Positions 63,402 through 64,000 of a DNA stretch of 64,000 bases are shown here, piece after piece. Position 1 is the first letter of the stretch. The number at the start of each line of letters is the position of its first letter. The notes under the pieces were generated by a model. That model saw only the letters and a list, made by a program, of their open reading frames with translations. It was not told the origin of the DNA and searched no databases. Source of the DNA: an uncultured Oscillospiraceae bacterium (GTDB lineage: Bacteria; Bacillota; Clostridia; Oscillospirales; Ruminococcaceae); NCBI GenBank assembly GCA_904396495.1, contig CAJFOJ010000034.1, positions 113 through 64,112 on the forward strand. The letters run 5' to 3'. A program made the position numbers and the translations under genes.

Positions 63402-64000
63402 ATGAAAAAGATGAAAAAAATTGTTTCTGCAGTTTGCGCAGTGGCGCTGATGGCTTCTTTAGCGGCTCCTATGCAAGCGGCAGCGGCGACCAAGGACGAC
63501 ATTATCAATGAGATGTGGGCTGGATTTGATGTGGGCGATACCCATGTCAATATCCCCAGTAAATACGTTACATTGGTGGTCCGTTATCTGGCCAACAATA
63601 ATTTGTCCGAAAGTCAGCTGGACAGGGCTTTGGAGGAGGCCAGAGAGGTTAAGTCTATTTGGGCCGAAACCGGAGAAGTGCGTTTTATCGATCTTCCTCA
63701 GGACGTAAAGGTTCAGTTCTTCGGTAAGGCTGCCAGCTTTGCCAATGAGTTGGGTGCTACCTTGACCATCAGCGGCGACACCATCAGTGTAGTTGACCCC
63801 AACGGCAAAACTTATACTGTCAGGGCAAAACATAATCTGGGTTCGGCATTTTCTGGCGGTTCTTCCGGCGGTTCTTCTTCCGGTGGTAACACTGGTTCCG
63901 ATGAGCCTTGGTATAACGGTGAGACCAGCGGCGATTTGCCTGACGGCGGACATTGGGAGTTGGAAGGAAACACTGTTACCATTACCGACGGAGAGGGCAA
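63402..64000 (+). CDS. Secreted protein of unknown function (partial; runs off the window)
   Basis: ATG after GGGAGG. Signal peptide MKKMKKIVSAVCAVALMASLAAPMQAAAA. Open through 64000, including a Gly/Ser linker. Absent from the track because it has no stop. Confidence 0.6.
   Translation, partial: MKKMKKIVSAVCAVALMASLAAPMQAAAATKDDIINEMWAGFDVGDTHVNIPSKYVTLVVRYLANNNLSESQLDRALEEAREVKSIWAETGEVRFIDLPQDVKVQFFGKAASFANELGATLTISGDTISVVDPNGKTYTVRAKHNLGSAFSGGSSGGSSSGGNTGSDEPWYNGETSGDLPDGGHWELEGNTVTITDGEG

Noticed and set aside
1-64000. Search for tRNA, rRNA, CRISPR repeats and known riboswitches
   Set aside because: I recognised nothing by eye. The intergenic regions are short apart from those discussed. 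A covariance-model scan would be needed to exclude small RNAs.

Overview
The window looks like chromosomal DNA from a moderately GC-rich, apparently spore-forming Firmicutes/Clostridia-type organism; the taxon is inferred from gene content only. It has three blocks. (1) 1-18.7 kb is a Wzx/Wzy-type exopolysaccharide locus. It holds an initiating sugar transferase, two Wzz-like co-polymerase proteins (one fused to a partly degenerate EAL c-di-GMP domain), five glycosyltransferases, a Wzy, a Wzx, a GH5 lipoprotein and a BspA-type LRR lipoprotein. (2) About 19,961-36,335 is a 16.4-kb, compositionally mosaic integrated element inserted in a 2xLysM-GH18 (YaaH/SleL-type cortex hydrolase) gene. A large serine recombinase sits at its right end, and attL/attR can be reconstructed by eye. 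Joining the two gene halves restores a 427-codon ORF in frame. Its cargo includes a very AT-rich radical-SAM RiPP-like cluster: ABC exporter, two rSAM/SPASM enzymes, an ACP-like protein, a 25-aa Cys-bearing precursor sORF absent from the ORF track, and a subtilase fusion. It also carries a PRTase + SLOG/DprA-like two-gene cassette (ShosTA-like), an IS200-type relic, and a decayed prophage late region (tail-fibre-like pseudogene, XhlA, holin, two lysins, dUTPase stub). (3) 36.9-63.1 kb is a second, capsule-type locus: CpsC/D/B-like kinase module, bacillosamine-like amino-sugar genes, an AT-rich central GT/Wzy/Wzx cassette, glf, wecB/wecC-like genes, fnlABC-like genes and galU. The best candidate for an undescribed system is the RiPP-like cluster riding on the intervening element. 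No tRNA, rRNA or CRISPR array was recognised. All calls rest on motif reading and manual coordinate counting; no database search was possible.
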